DNA from: a virus
Taxonomy: Duplodnaviria; Heunggongvirae; Uroviricota; Caudoviricetes
Strand: one strand, 5' to 3'
Length of the DNA: 64,000 bases
Virus record (IMG/VR): IMGVR_UViG_3300027628_000007
How positions within the stretch are numbered: the stretch's first letter is position 1; every line of letters begins with the position of its first letter. The translations under genes were made by a program, and so were the position numbers. Positions 35,106-44,346 of the stretch are shown piece after piece. Under the pieces are notes generated by a model that saw only the letters and a program-made list of their open reading frames with translations, was not told the origin of the DNA and did not search any database.

Positions 35106-35582
35106 TTATTGTTCGCCTAATACACTTTGGTCAATGATTTTGACAAGATATTTATCTACAGATTCTTGACCGCCCATATGATGTTCATTATCTACATCAC
35201 TATAGAATGTAAAATCCCAATCCTCATTCAATCTGTAAACCTTTCCTTTCTTAAACGCAACACTATCATCGTGTCGCATACGCATAGTCTTCTTGCACAT
35301 GTAATGCTCACCTGCAAGCAATGATATACTCTCACCTCTCAACATACGCAATACATGTTTATCTTTTACTTTAACCATAATTTTCTTCTTAAACTCTTTT
35401 GATAGATTGTGTTTCTTACCTCTATCATCTATAAACTGCAACACCATTCCTCCATCACGTTCAAACTTCTGGACAAGTTTATAGAATAATCCTTGTGTGA
35501 ATGCAACCTCTTTATTGTCTGCATCTCGCATACGAAAAGTCTCTTTACAAAGATAATAAACTGCTTTTTCCATAATTATCAT
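35106..35582 (-). CDS. hypothetical protein with internal tandem duplication
   Basis: Repeat 1 YYLCKETFRMRDADNKEVAFTQGLFYKL; repeat 2 HYMCKKTMRMRHDDSVAFKKGKVYRL. Confidence 0.6.
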   Translation of the reverse strand: MIIMEKAVYYLCKETFRMRDADNKEVAFTQGLFYKLVQKFERDGGMVLQFIDDRGKKHNLSKEFKKKIMVKVKDKHVLRMLRGESISLLAGEHYMCKKTMRMRHDDSVAFKKGKVYRLNEDWDFTFYSDVDNEHHMGGQESVDKYLVKIIDQSVLGEQ

Positions 35583-35617
35583 TCTCCTTTATAAAATCCC
35601 GATTTTATTAAGATATA

Positions 35618-35902
35618 CTAGATATCGAAAACCTTGTCTGTAGAGCTTTCTTTTTGCTTTGGCACTAATTTGAAATCATACTCATTCTTACTATAGTGAG
35701 TCCAATTAAGTCTATTAAACGACTTTACTAAACCTACAAGCGATGAATACGTGCCTGTTGCACGCACAGAGCCATCACTGATTTTTTTAGTTGTATATTT
35801 ACCCTCAAAGCACGCAATAAGAAAAGCAACACCGTTAATAACTACAACATCACCACATTCAATATCAAAAGCATTATCTTCAACTTCGAAAATTACGTTC
35901 AT
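35618..35902 (-). CDS. hypothetical protein
   Basis: ORF track. Confidence 0.6.
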   Translation of the reverse strand: MNVIFEVEDNAFDIECGDVVVINGVAFLIACFEGKYTTKKISDGSVRATGTYSSLVGLVKSFNRLNWTHYSKNEYDFKLVPKQKESSTDKVFDI

Positions 35903-36111
35903 TTAACATCATCCTTTTCTTTCTCTTTTTTCTCTCTTCTACGATTCTTCCAACCTTCAAACTTATGGAAGCTCTTAGGATGGATTGTCTCCCAGAATAA
36001 CCCAACTAATCCAAGGGCTACTCGTAATAATGCTAGAATAATAATAACTGCAATCATCCATCCTACTAGTTTTGCAAGCATCCACAATGTTGTTAAGACT
36101 GCTGTTGTCAT
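35899..36111 (-). CDS. small membrane protein with basic C-terminus
   Basis: TM helices then KNRRREKKEKEKDDVK. Confidence 0.55.
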   Translation of the reverse strand: MTTAVLTTLWMLAKLVGWMIAVIIILALLRVALGLVGLFWETIHPKSFHKFEGWKNRRREKKEKEKDDVK

Positions 36112-36872
36112 TTAAGTGTTCCTCCTTTTGTGATTATCTTAATGTTTTCCATCACTTCTTCCATATCAATTTGATAATCAAACATACCAATTACTTCTTG
36201 GGCTGTTCGAATACCATGTAAGTATTCCTTAATCTCTGCAATCTGTCTCTTATGCTCTGCAACAAATTCATGATGCTGTTTAATCTTAATCAAGTGTGGC
36301 ATAATAGTTGTCTTGGCAGAATGAAAGAATCGTGCATGTTCTGGATATCTTTTACGACATGCTTTGAAGAATGGCAGGAAGAATTTCTCTGTTTCCAATG
36401 CCTGTCTCAATTCTTTCTCTGGCGTTGCATCTTTTAATGTGCCAAAATTATTCTTTCTATCTACTGTTTTAATTTTAGCCATTCGGACATTTTGCAGTAT
36501 GATGTCTAAGTACGCCTGCATATTCTCTTCTTTCTTGTAGTCGATGTTTGGCAACTTTGTTACTCCCATTACTGTATCAGCAACCTCTTGACCAAACAGA
36601 CTTTTAACAGCTTCATAGTTGATGTCTGGGACATCTTCGATTGCATCATGCAGTATACATGCGGTCAAAGTTACTTCATCGGTTTCACCATGATTAATTA
36701 AATCCTGTGTTGCATCTACCAAGTGATAGTAATAGTGACGACCATCATGTCGTTTATATCCGTTATCAGCGTTCATAACTGATATCATCCAATTAAGAGC
36801 TTTTAACGCTTCTTTACAACCCATCTCTGCTAAATCCATTTGCAACTGTACTACACGACTTTCTTTCGCCAT
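36108..36872 (-). CDS. RelA/SpoT-family HD hydrolase (small alarmone hydrolase, Mesh1-like)
   Basis: HD-domain motifs RHDGRHYYYHL..., ILHDAIEDV, and FGQEVADTVMGVTKL, as in the SpoT (p)ppGpp hydrolase domain. No synthetase domain. Confidence 0.8.
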   Translation of the reverse strand: MAKESRVVQLQMDLAEMGCKEALKALNWMISVMNADNGYKRHDGRHYYYHLVDATQDLINHGETDEVTLTACILHDAIEDVPDINYEAVKSLFGQEVADTVMGVTKLPNIDYKKEENMQAYLDIILQNVRMAKIKTVDRKNNFGTLKDATPEKELRQALETEKFFLPFFKACRKRYPEHARFFHSAKTTIMPHLIKIKQHHEFVAEHKRQIAEIKEYLHGIRTAQEVIGMFDYQIDMEEVMENIKIITKGGTLK

Positions 36873-36873
36873 C

Positions 36874-37260
36874 CTATCGCTCTCCTACAATCTTAATCTT
36901 ATAGCCTAATTCTTTTTCGATTTCTTGCACCGTCATCTCTTTTAATACTAAGTCTCGGATTATAAGATGGTCTTTATGATATGTAAGAATCTCTTGTGTA
37001 AGCATAGTGTATGGTAACACCTTTCTTATTCCTACTTCTCTAGGGTCTTTTCCGTAAATACCACATATGCCATATCCTAGCTTACTATTCTTATAAGCTG
37101 TAACTACCCCAATGTTGCCATTTCCAAGTGTAGAAAATTCTGGATTAAATAAAACGATATCTCCAACATGATAATCACCATTCGCATTAAACGCAAACTC
37201 TCCAATTACACCTGCACTCTCAAATACCGATTTATTATAAATCTCTTTAACTTCTGTCAT
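36874..37260 (-). CDS. hypothetical protein
   Basis: ORF track. Confidence 0.6.
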   Translation of the reverse strand: MTEVKEIYNKSVFESAGVIGEFAFNANGDYHVGDIVLFNPEFSTLGNGNIGVVTAYKNSKLGYGICGIYGKDPREVGIRKVLPYTMLTQEILTYHKDHLIIRDLVLKEMTVQEIEKELGYKIKIVGER

Positions 37261-37292
37261 TTTATTTCCTCCTTGTTATTTGGTATATACAT

Positions 37293-37321
37293 AATATATC
37301 ATTATCTTTATCGCCTGTCAA
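37293..37321 (-). promoter_or_regulatory. sigmaA-type promoter (TTGACA-17-TATATT); -35 embedded in CTGTCAACAG
   Basis: aatata tcattatctttatcgcc tgtcaa; follows terminator 37327..37370. Confidence 0.6.
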
Positions 37322-37326
37322 CAGCT

Positions 37327-37370
37327 TTCGATAAAAAATTAAGACAGGCAAAACTTTTTACCTGTCTTAA
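37327..37370 (-). terminator. Rho-independent terminator (10-bp perfect stem TTAAGACAGG/CCTGTCTTAA, 12-nt loop, T6 tract)
   Basis: Downstream of the DHH gene; followed by a promoter. Confidence 0.7.
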
Positions 37371-37381
37371 TTTGTCAACTA

Positions 37382-39064
37382 CTATGACTTCATATAATCC
37401 TCAATCATCACCTGCGGAGTGCAGATTTTCTGCTTTAATCCAAAGTTATAAAACTCATTCATAGACAACACGCCTACTACGTCAATCGTGTCAAAATGCC
37501 CTAATTCAGATGCATAATGCTCATCGACACGAAACTTGATTAACTCCATTTCGTCATAGGTTTTGATTTTAACTGTTTCCATTGTTTTACCAATACATTG
37601 TGGCTCTTCCACTGTAACGCCTGTTACTTTTACAATAATCTTATAGAATCCATTACCAGTTAATAGATTGAATCGTTCAATTGGTTTGATATAATCCCCA
37701 ATTTCATCAACAGGGATTTCTAAATCATAGATTACTGTTTGACCTTTTTCGTCAAGTTCTGGCAGGCATCTTTCAATGTATGTATTTAGATTGTCTAGAT
37801 ACTCTTCATTGATTATAAATCCTCCTGCACCTTCATGACCAAGTGCTTCAATTTCGCCATCGAAATCTTGCAGGAATGATTTGAATTTAAGACCGTTGTA
37901 GCTACGGAAGCTACCGCTTGCCACACCTTTATGTAGACGACCAACAAGTACAGGACGTTTAAATTTCTCTGATAACTGTTGGGCTATGATACCGTTGAAG
38001 CCTTTAGATGATTTGTCATCTAAGACAACTAAAACTTTTTGGTCTAAATTCACTCGTTTTGAATAAGCTTCTACTAATCCCTTTTGAATTTCTTTACGCT
38101 TATCATTAAGCTTGCTCATTTGAAGTCGTAGCTTCTTACACACTGTATCATCATCAGATAATAATATGTCTATAGCAAGCTTAATGTTGTTCATTCTCGC
38201 TGTACCATTTAGGATTGGTGCAATAGTGAATCCAATAGAGTTACAGTCAAGCTTGAATAAATCAGCCTTGCCACCCTTTAAGATACGTACTAGACCAGTA
38301 TTTTTCATATTTCGTAGACCATGCATAATTAGATATCTATTTTCTAAAACATCTACACGCATGATATCCGCATACATTCCTACAGCTACTAAATCAATGT
38401 AATCAAATGGGTCTACCTGTCCTAATGTATCTTCCATTACTTGCATCACTTTAAATACTACGCCTGCACCACTTAAAAACTTATTTGGATATAGGCAACC
38501 TTCTTGTTGAGGGTTGACCATAAGTACGTATGGGTTTTCTCTTTCGATGCCATGATGGTCTAAAATGATAATCTCTTTACCTAACTCTTCTGAAATGTAT
38601 CGACATGCATCTGTATCGTTAGAAGATGAGTCAATAAGGATTAAAAGGTCACAAGCTTTAATCTTTTCAAGATTGTCTTTATTTCTCTCTAAACGTGTTT
38701 CCTCATCTACGCCTTCAACCTTAATCATTTCAGCGATACCATGACCGTCATTACGCTCACCATAGATGAAGTCTACTTTATCAGTATAATTTTTAAGATA
38801 TCGAATCTTAGTGGAAGTTGCAGTCAAACCATCTGCATCTGGGTCATATGATACAAGGATATTTTCACCAGAAGCAATTGCACGAATGATTCTATTACTA
38901 GCATCTTCAATATTTTTCATAAGATATGGGTCATGCAGTTCATCAGCAGTAGGACTTAAAAAACTGTCAACGTCTTTAATTCCTCTGATTTTTGCAATCA
39001 TATCAATGATGTCATCAGTCTTTCTTGGTGCTACCTTCGGCTTTCGTTGAATCCATTTCTTCAT
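37382..39064 (-). CDS. DHH-DHHA1 phosphoesterase (RecJ-like exonuclease / nanoRNase family)
   Basis: Motif I YDPDADGLTA, motif III ILDHHGIE, DHHA1 GHEGAGGF. Confidence 0.75.
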   Translation of the reverse strand: MKKWIQRKPKVAPRKTDDIIDMIAKIRGIKDVDSFLSPTADELHDPYLMKNIEDASNRIIRAIASGENILVSYDPDADGLTATSTKIRYLKNYTDKVDFIYGERNDGHGIAEMIKVEGVDEETRLERNKDNLEKIKACDLLILIDSSSNDTDACRYISEELGKEIIILDHHGIERENPYVLMVNPQQEGCLYPNKFLSGAGVVFKVMQVMEDTLGQVDPFDYIDLVAVGMYADIMRVDVLENRYLIMHGLRNMKNTGLVRILKGGKADLFKLDCNSIGFTIAPILNGTARMNNIKLAIDILLSDDDTVCKKLRLQMSKLNDKRKEIQKGLVEAYSKRVNLDQKVLVVLDDKSSKGFNGIIAQQLSEKFKRPVLVGRLHKGVASGSFRSYNGLKFKSFLQDFDGEIEALGHEGAGGFIINEEYLDNLNTYIERCLPELDEKGQTVIYDLEIPVDEIGDYIKPIERFNLLTGNGFYKIIVKVTGVTVEEPQCIGKTMETVKIKTYDEMELIKFRVDEHYASELGHFDTIDVVGVLSMNEFYNFGLKQKICTPQVMIEDYMKS

Positions 39065-39416
39065 TAATTACTTTCTCCCCTTCATCTTCCAGATGCTTTG
39101 ATTCCTCTGCGATTTGAAGGTTGATTGCTCCCATTTCTTCGTATCCGTCTGCAATCTGCTTTAACTTCACAACCTCACGAAATGCATCTAAATAATTCAA
39201 TTTTGCTTGCTGTACTGTCAAGATGTCTAAATCCTCTGGACTCCACATCTTATTAACGAATGCTGTTACTTCATCCATTTCTGGCTCTGAAATACCTACG
39301 CTGTCTAAAACGAATGCCAACTCTGGAATCTTTCCGTTGATTCCAAGAATCATCATAGATGAAACCATTGTGTAAACGTTGTCTAATAATTTTTTATTGA
39401 ATGTACCTTTTTCCAT
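39015..39416 (-). CDS. hypothetical protein
   Basis: ORF track. Confidence 0.6.
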   Translation of the reverse strand: MEKGTFNKKLLDNVYTMVSSMMILGINGKIPELAFVLDSVGISEPEMDEVTAFVNKMWSPEDLDILTVQQAKLNYLDAFREVVKLKQIADGYEEMGAINLQIAEESKHLEDEGEKVINEEMDSTKAEGSTKKD

Positions 39417-39451
39417 GTTTATATTCCCCTTTTATATAATTATTTTTATGT

Positions 39452-39482
39452 TGATAAGAAAAGGCTAAGAAACTCTTAGCCT
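39452..39482 (-). terminator. probable intrinsic terminator (9-bp stem AGGCTAAGA/TCTTAGCCT, 3-nt loop, U-rich TTTCTTAT)
   Basis: Immediately after the stop of 39484..39726. Confidence 0.5.
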
Positions 39483-39483
39483 A

Positions 39484-39726
39484 CTATTTTTTGAATCCAC
39501 CGAAATGTTTAACTTTACCGCCAAGCTCTTTAGCTTTTACAGTTAATTCCTTTTCAGCAAGGATGCGTGTTGTCGGATTTTCAGTAGTTACTAAAACATC
39601 CTTAGTTGTTGATTTTCCATCTTTACCCTTTACAGTTAGCTCTACTACTACGTAGAAGTCAAACTTTGTTACCGCCTTTGGTTCATGGAAACGATTGCCT
39701 TTAATGATGTTCTTGTTTTCTTTCAT
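39484..39726 (-). CDS. small Lys-rich protein (possible nucleic-acid binding)
   Basis: 80 aa, 20% Lys; flanked by terminator. Confidence 0.55.
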   Translation of the reverse strand: MKENKNIIKGNRFHEPKAVTKFDFYVVVELTVKGKDGKSTTKDVLVTTENPTTRILAEKELTVKAKELGGKVKHFGGFKK

Positions 39727-39825
39727 AATGAAATTCCTCCAATTAAATGATTATTTTTTGCTTTTGTTATAATATATAATAATTATCACAAAGAGTGATG
39801 AATTATATCGAATTTAGTCAAATGC

Positions 39826-40320
39826 CTAACTAGCCATTTGTAGTTCTTTCTTTTTCTTTTTAATGATATCATTGAATCCTTCAAGCTCTTTTAGCTCTCT
39901 GATTCTGTAAGAGCGTCTGTCTTGCATTCTATCAAACTTCTCTTTGTCTTTAATTGTAGATTCAAGGATTTCTTTGAAATCTGATTCGTACTTCTTTACT
40001 AACTCTTTAACTACTTCTCTCTCTTCAATGCGGTCTTTGATTTTGCGTCTTGCACGACCAATAATTTGTAGCATCTTTGCAAAATTATATCCTTCGGATG
40101 CGTTGAAGTTTAACAGCTCAATAATATGTAGTACATCTTGTTGCATACGCTGTGTTCTAAGTAATTCGTTATGTAATTCTTTGTCAGTTTCACTCTTTAA
40201 ATCCAACTGCATTTGTCTAAACATCTTAAATATTTGAGACATACTATCCATGTAATTTACTTCAAAAAACTTCTCGTTTACATTTACATCAATACTTACA
40301 GTCATTTCAAACCTCTCCAA
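39826..40320 (-). CDS. hypothetical coiled-coil protein
   Basis: ORF track; perfect promoter upstream. Confidence 0.6.
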   Translation of the reverse strand: MERFEMTVSIDVNVNEKFFEVNYMDSMSQIFKMFRQMQLDLKSETDKELHNELLRTQRMQQDVLHIIELLNFNASEGYNFAKMLQIIGRARRKIKDRIEEREVVKELVKKYESDFKEILESTIKDKEKFDRMQDRRSYRIRELKELEGFNDIIKKKKKELQMAS

Positions 40321-40360
40321 TCAATTTGTGTTTTTAGGTTTCTCTCAACCTTGTAATCTT

Positions 40361-40389
40361 ATTATATCATTACTTTTTGCGTTTGTCAA
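40361..40389 (-). promoter_or_regulatory. sigmaA-type promoter, perfect TTGACA-17-TATAAT
   Basis: attata tcattactttttgcgtt tgtcaa. Confidence 0.7.
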
Positions 40390-40393
40390 AGCT

Positions 40394-41497
40394 TTATACC
40401 ATGTTTTTTTCGTTTTTTTCTAACATTTTTTTCAGCTCATCTTTGGTGTATGTATAATCATTGATTAATTGAGTCCAAGTATCGAATCCTTCATCAATTG
40501 GAGAGTTTTTGTCATCTAGCAAATCGTCTTTGTCATATATTGCAGTGACCGTTCTTCCCTCAAATAACTCCATATTCTTTACTATTTCGTCAATTGGTAT
40601 ACCCTTATCATAACATAGGACAATCTCAATATCAAGCCCTAATTGTTTCACAGCTCTAACTTGTTCATCAGAAATATCAGATGCACCAATCGCTAGTGTG
40701 TTGAATAATCCATTACTAAATGCTTTCATGCAGGACTTTTCAGCTTCATATATATAAACCTTCTTATCCATTAGGATGTAAGGGTGGGCGTAATGAAAAT
40801 TAAACCACTCTAGACGATTCTGATAGCGATATAGATATAGATACTTCTTATCATCATCCTCATCTTTCATGATTCGACCTTTAACTCCTACGAGTTGACC
40901 AAATCTATTTCTCATAGGAACTGTTACACGCTTTGATTCTAAGTCAAATCCAATACCATACATAATCTGGGTGTGATACGAAATCCCTTCGTCAATCCAA
41001 GGTTTATATGGTAATGCTTTGCCATAGTAATAAAAATCATCAAGGATAGATTCATCCAGAATCGGATTAGGCTTTACCTCTTTCCTACGTCTATGACCTT
41101 TAATTAACTCCTTTAACGGTGCTAAGTAATCGGTCTTTGGAAGATATCCTTTTTTATTTTTAAGATACTCATTCCAACCCAGAGTCTCACATATGAATTG
41201 TTTTGCATTGCTCAAATCACTCTTCAACTCTTCTTCTCCACGTTTATTGTGAAGGATGTATGACACAAGATAATAGATATCTCCACTAAACTTCTTGTTT
41301 CGGATACTGGAAGACAAGGACTCTTGCAACTTCACTTGAACGCTTCGCCTATTGTTACTATAGAATCGTTCTGGAAGTTGGGCAGTGACACGTGCACCAC
41401 CCTCAATCCTTATATGTTCGCATTCCAGAGCTTCCAAGATATCACACACTTTATCCTCTTCTAAAATTCTAATTTTGATATCTTGCAATTCAGACAT
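40394..41497 (-). CDS. Toprim-domain protein, putative DNA primase
   Basis: Toprim-like YIYEAEKSCMKAF...CYDKG; immediately downstream of the DnaB-like helicase. Confidence 0.5.
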   Translation of the reverse strand: MSELQDIKIRILEEDKVCDILEALECEHIRIEGGARVTAQLPERFYSNNRRSVQVKLQESLSSSIRNKKFSGDIYYLVSYILHNKRGEEELKSDLSNAKQFICETLGWNEYLKNKKGYLPKTDYLAPLKELIKGHRRRKEVKPNPILDESILDDFYYYGKALPYKPWIDEGISYHTQIMYGIGFDLESKRVTVPMRNRFGQLVGVKGRIMKDEDDDKKYLYLYRYQNRLEWFNFHYAHPYILMDKKVYIYEAEKSCMKAFSNGLFNTLAIGASDISDEQVRAVKQLGLDIEIVLCYDKGIPIDEIVKNMELFEGRTVTAIYDKDDLLDDKNSPIDEGFDTWTQLINDYTYTKDELKKMLEKNEKNMV

Positions 41498-41507
41498 ATG
41501 TATTCAC

Positions 41508-43040
41508 CTATCTCTTCGAGTTATCATTCGCTACAAATGTCCAACCAATTTCCTTAAATGTATTACTTTGGAAATATGGTTCTATGATTAAAACTGGCAG
41601 TCCTGTATCGTTTGATTGACCGAAACGGTTTTTAGGTGTAAACAGCAAGTAATACTGTTTATCTGGGTCTAACTGAAACCAATCTTTATCATATGAGCCA
41701 TCTGGCAACTTCTTCAATCTGTAGCATTGTAATGCTTTGTTTCCACCTTTATACTCATCGCTCCAAGCTTTTCTAAACATCATAACAACAGATGCTTCGT
41801 TCTTAGATGCTTTACCTTCACCGATTGCTTCATAGTCTAAGAAACGGTTTCTTACTGCACTATCAGCTAACTGGAATGTAACCCATGTTCTAAGGTTTAA
41901 GCCACCTGCATTCTTACGAGTAAGGCGGTAGATTACCTTCATATCCTCTACGAATGTCTGCCAACGTTGTTCGAATTTAGATTCATCAGATACCTTATGT
42001 GTATCAATCACTAAGTTTATGTATCCACGATTTGCCCAGAAACGTACAATCTTTTCAAGGTCTTTGATTACATATTTTTCCATAAAGATGACTTTGATTA
42101 ATCCGTCATTCTCATCCATAAGCTCATTCATACGTTTCATAGCTTTACGGATTTTCTCTTTATCCTCTTCACGAAGTTTACCATTGACCATTCGTTTACG
42201 GTCAAGGTGTTCATTGTACTCATGCCATAAAAGTGTTAAGATGATTTTTTGTCGGAATGTCTGTGCATCTTCCTCATTCAGCACTACGATTGCTTTCTCT
42301 TTATTCTCAATACAGCTCATAACAATCTTCTCTGCTGTGATAGATGACTTACCAGTACCACCAAAACCACCAAACATATTTACGTGACCACGTGCCACAC
42401 CTTGCGTAATGCTATTAAGAAGCTTACTCTTATAGAATGGTAGCATCTCTGCTGACTCTTCTTCTAGCTTTCTGATAAACTCTTCTGGGTCTATGTATAA
42501 GTTCTCGGCTTCATATCGGTTAACGTTATTAAGACGGATTACATTCATCTTGTCATCCCAATACGCTCCAAGCTGTTCACTTGTCATTTTCTCAAAATCA
42601 TATTTACCCTTCTTGATTAAAACTTTGTTACCAAAGAGTAAATATAACTGTCTAATGACATAGTTTTTCTTGACAGTCTCATAGTAGTATTCAACGTTGT
42701 CTGGGTTGTCTTTTACGATATCTACCGCATCCTCAATCGTATCCATTCCACCAAACTCATCAAACTCATCTATCAAGTTGTATTCTTTTATTTTTGTAGC
42801 AACTGTGATTCTATCGAATGTTCGAATAGATTCTTTATACATCTTTCGACCTAATTCAAAATAGAATCCCCATACGCTATGTACAAACTCATCTTGTGAA
42901 ACTGTATCACTATATTCTGCGAAGTTATTAAATGGGTCTGCCCATAGAAGCCCAACAAAGTAGGCTTCATTAATTTGAGCGTTCTTATTAATCTTCTTCA
43001 TTTCTTGCATAACCAATTCTTTAGTATTATCTTGTGCCAT
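41508..43040 (-). CDS. DnaB-family replicative DNA helicase
   Basis: Walker A GGFGGTGKSS; RecA-like core with DnaB-type N-terminal domain; 510 aa. Confidence 0.85.
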   Translation of the reverse strand: MAQDNTKELVMQEMKKINKNAQINEAYFVGLLWADPFNNFAEYSDTVSQDEFVHSVWGFYFELGRKMYKESIRTFDRITVATKIKEYNLIDEFDEFGGMDTIEDAVDIVKDNPDNVEYYYETVKKNYVIRQLYLLFGNKVLIKKGKYDFEKMTSEQLGAYWDDKMNVIRLNNVNRYEAENLYIDPEEFIRKLEEESAEMLPFYKSKLLNSITQGVARGHVNMFGGFGGTGKSSITAEKIVMSCIENKEKAIVVLNEEDAQTFRQKIILTLLWHEYNEHLDRKRMVNGKLREEDKEKIRKAMKRMNELMDENDGLIKVIFMEKYVIKDLEKIVRFWANRGYINLVIDTHKVSDESKFEQRWQTFVEDMKVIYRLTRKNAGGLNLRTWVTFQLADSAVRNRFLDYEAIGEGKASKNEASVVMMFRKAWSDEYKGGNKALQCYRLKKLPDGSYDKDWFQLDPDKQYYLLFTPKNRFGQSNDTGLPVLIIEPYFQSNTFKEIGWTFVANDNSKR

Positions 43041-43055
43041 TCACATCAACCTTTC

Positions 43056-43673
43056 TTAATCGTCTAGGAAGTCCGTAATATCTGCTTTTGACTTAGAAGG
43101 CTTTTTATAATTCGTATCTTCGAATATTTGCTCTTCTACTTCAACTCTCTTCAAGTGTTGTGCCATTTTTCTTTCCTCTGCTTCACGTGTTCTAGCACGC
43201 TGTTCAACTACATAGATTTTGTCAATGATAATCGTCATTGCATATCTAAACGCTGACATAAACCCATTAAACGGTTTAACACTGTTCCAATACTCAATTG
43301 TTTCGCTACAGTAATCAAATGTCTCTGCAATCAATAAGTAATCGTATCCCTCTTTATATCGTTTAGAGAGGTTCTTTTGATTGCCGTACACTGGCTCACC
43401 ATTACGAAGTTTTTGTAGCATCGGAAATGCTTGTTTCGAAACTTCCTTGACACCATAAATCTCTTTAATCTTTTCCGTAAGTACATCTAGCTTTTCAGCT
43501 TCGATTCTTTTAAACTCTTTTTCTTTCAAATGTTCCACAAAGCATTCTTTGTGATAGAATTTTTTAACTGGCTTCTTTTCTCCTACCAGTTCAAATTCCA
43601 TATCCTCCATCAAAGTATCATCTAGTTTACATCGTTGGCACTTTCGTGTTTTTTTACCTGCCATATGTATCAC
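43056..43673 (-). CDS. hypothetical protein
   Basis: ORF track. Confidence 0.6.
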   Translation of the reverse strand: MIHMAGKKTRKCQRCKLDDTLMEDMEFELVGEKKPVKKFYHKECFVEHLKEKEFKRIEAEKLDVLTEKIKEIYGVKEVSKQAFPMLQKLRNGEPVYGNQKNLSKRYKEGYDYLLIAETFDYCSETIEYWNSVKPFNGFMSAFRYAMTIIIDKIYVVEQRARTREAEERKMAQHLKRVEVEEQIFEDTNYKKPSKSKADITDFLDD

Positions 43674-43688
43674 CCTCCTACGAAAAAC

Positions 43689-43717
43689 ATTATATCATTA
43701 TTATTGATGCCTGTCAA
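43689..43717 (-). promoter_or_regulatory. sigmaA-type promoter, perfect TTGACA-17-TATAAT
   Basis: attata tcattattattgatgcc tgtcaa. Confidence 0.7.
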
Positions 43718-43744
43718 ATAAAAATTATAGAATTAAAGACCACT

Positions 43745-44335
43745 CTATTGAGCAGTCTTTATAATGTTCATTACTTCTTCTTCTACATCGTCTGCTCTGC
43801 GACCTGTAGTATCAATTCTATAGATATTGATATTTTTATTGTCGGAAGCATATTTGTAGTAGAATGAATCCATAACCTTTCTGTATTCTTCTTGTTGTTT
43901 CAGAGACTCTTCTACGCTTTCTTTGACACTTGCGAATGGTACTTTGTCTCTTTGCAGACGTGATTCCAAGTCTGATTCATCCACAGTCAAGTGAACGATA
44001 TCAACCTGTACTCCCATATCTGCTAAGTCAAATAACTTTTCACATAACACATCGTAGCTTCCTGTGAAGTTATACTCTTTATACAGCTTAGAATAGACCT
44101 TTTCTGAAAAGAAAAATCTATCAAATACGTATGTAGAATCGTGCTTTAACAATCTAAAGAATGCACTAATCCATGCAGTATAATAATCTTCAACTTTCGA
44201 CAATCCTTCTTGACCGTCTTTATGGAATCCAGTAAAGTTAATCAACGTTGTCTCTGGAAGCTTTTGTCTTAATTCTCTAGCCAACGTTGACTTCCCTGTA
44301 CCACGTGTGCCTTCTAAAATAATAATTCTTGGCAT
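43745..44335 (-). CDS. P-loop nucleotide (dNMP/thymidylate-like) kinase
   Basis: Walker A ILEGTRGTGKSTLAREL; about 196 aa. Confidence 0.65.
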   Translation of the reverse strand: MPRIIILEGTRGTGKSTLARELRQKLPETTLINFTGFHKDGQEGLSKVEDYYTAWISAFFRLLKHDSTYVFDRFFFSEKVYSKLYKEYNFTGSYDVLCEKLFDLADMGVQVDIVHLTVDESDLESRLQRDKVPFASVKESVEESLKQQEEYRKVMDSFYYKYASDNKNINIYRIDTTGRRADDVEEEVMNIIKTAQ

Positions 44336-44346
44336 AAAATCTCTCC

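Noticed and set aside
39727-39800. Degenerate promoter-family copy (tgattattttttgcttttgttataat) upstream of 39484..39726
   Set aside because: The -35 is replaced by TTATAA and the -10 by TTTAAT with a 19-bp spacer. It is recognisable as a decayed family member but unlikely to be a strong promoter, so it is not listed as a feature.
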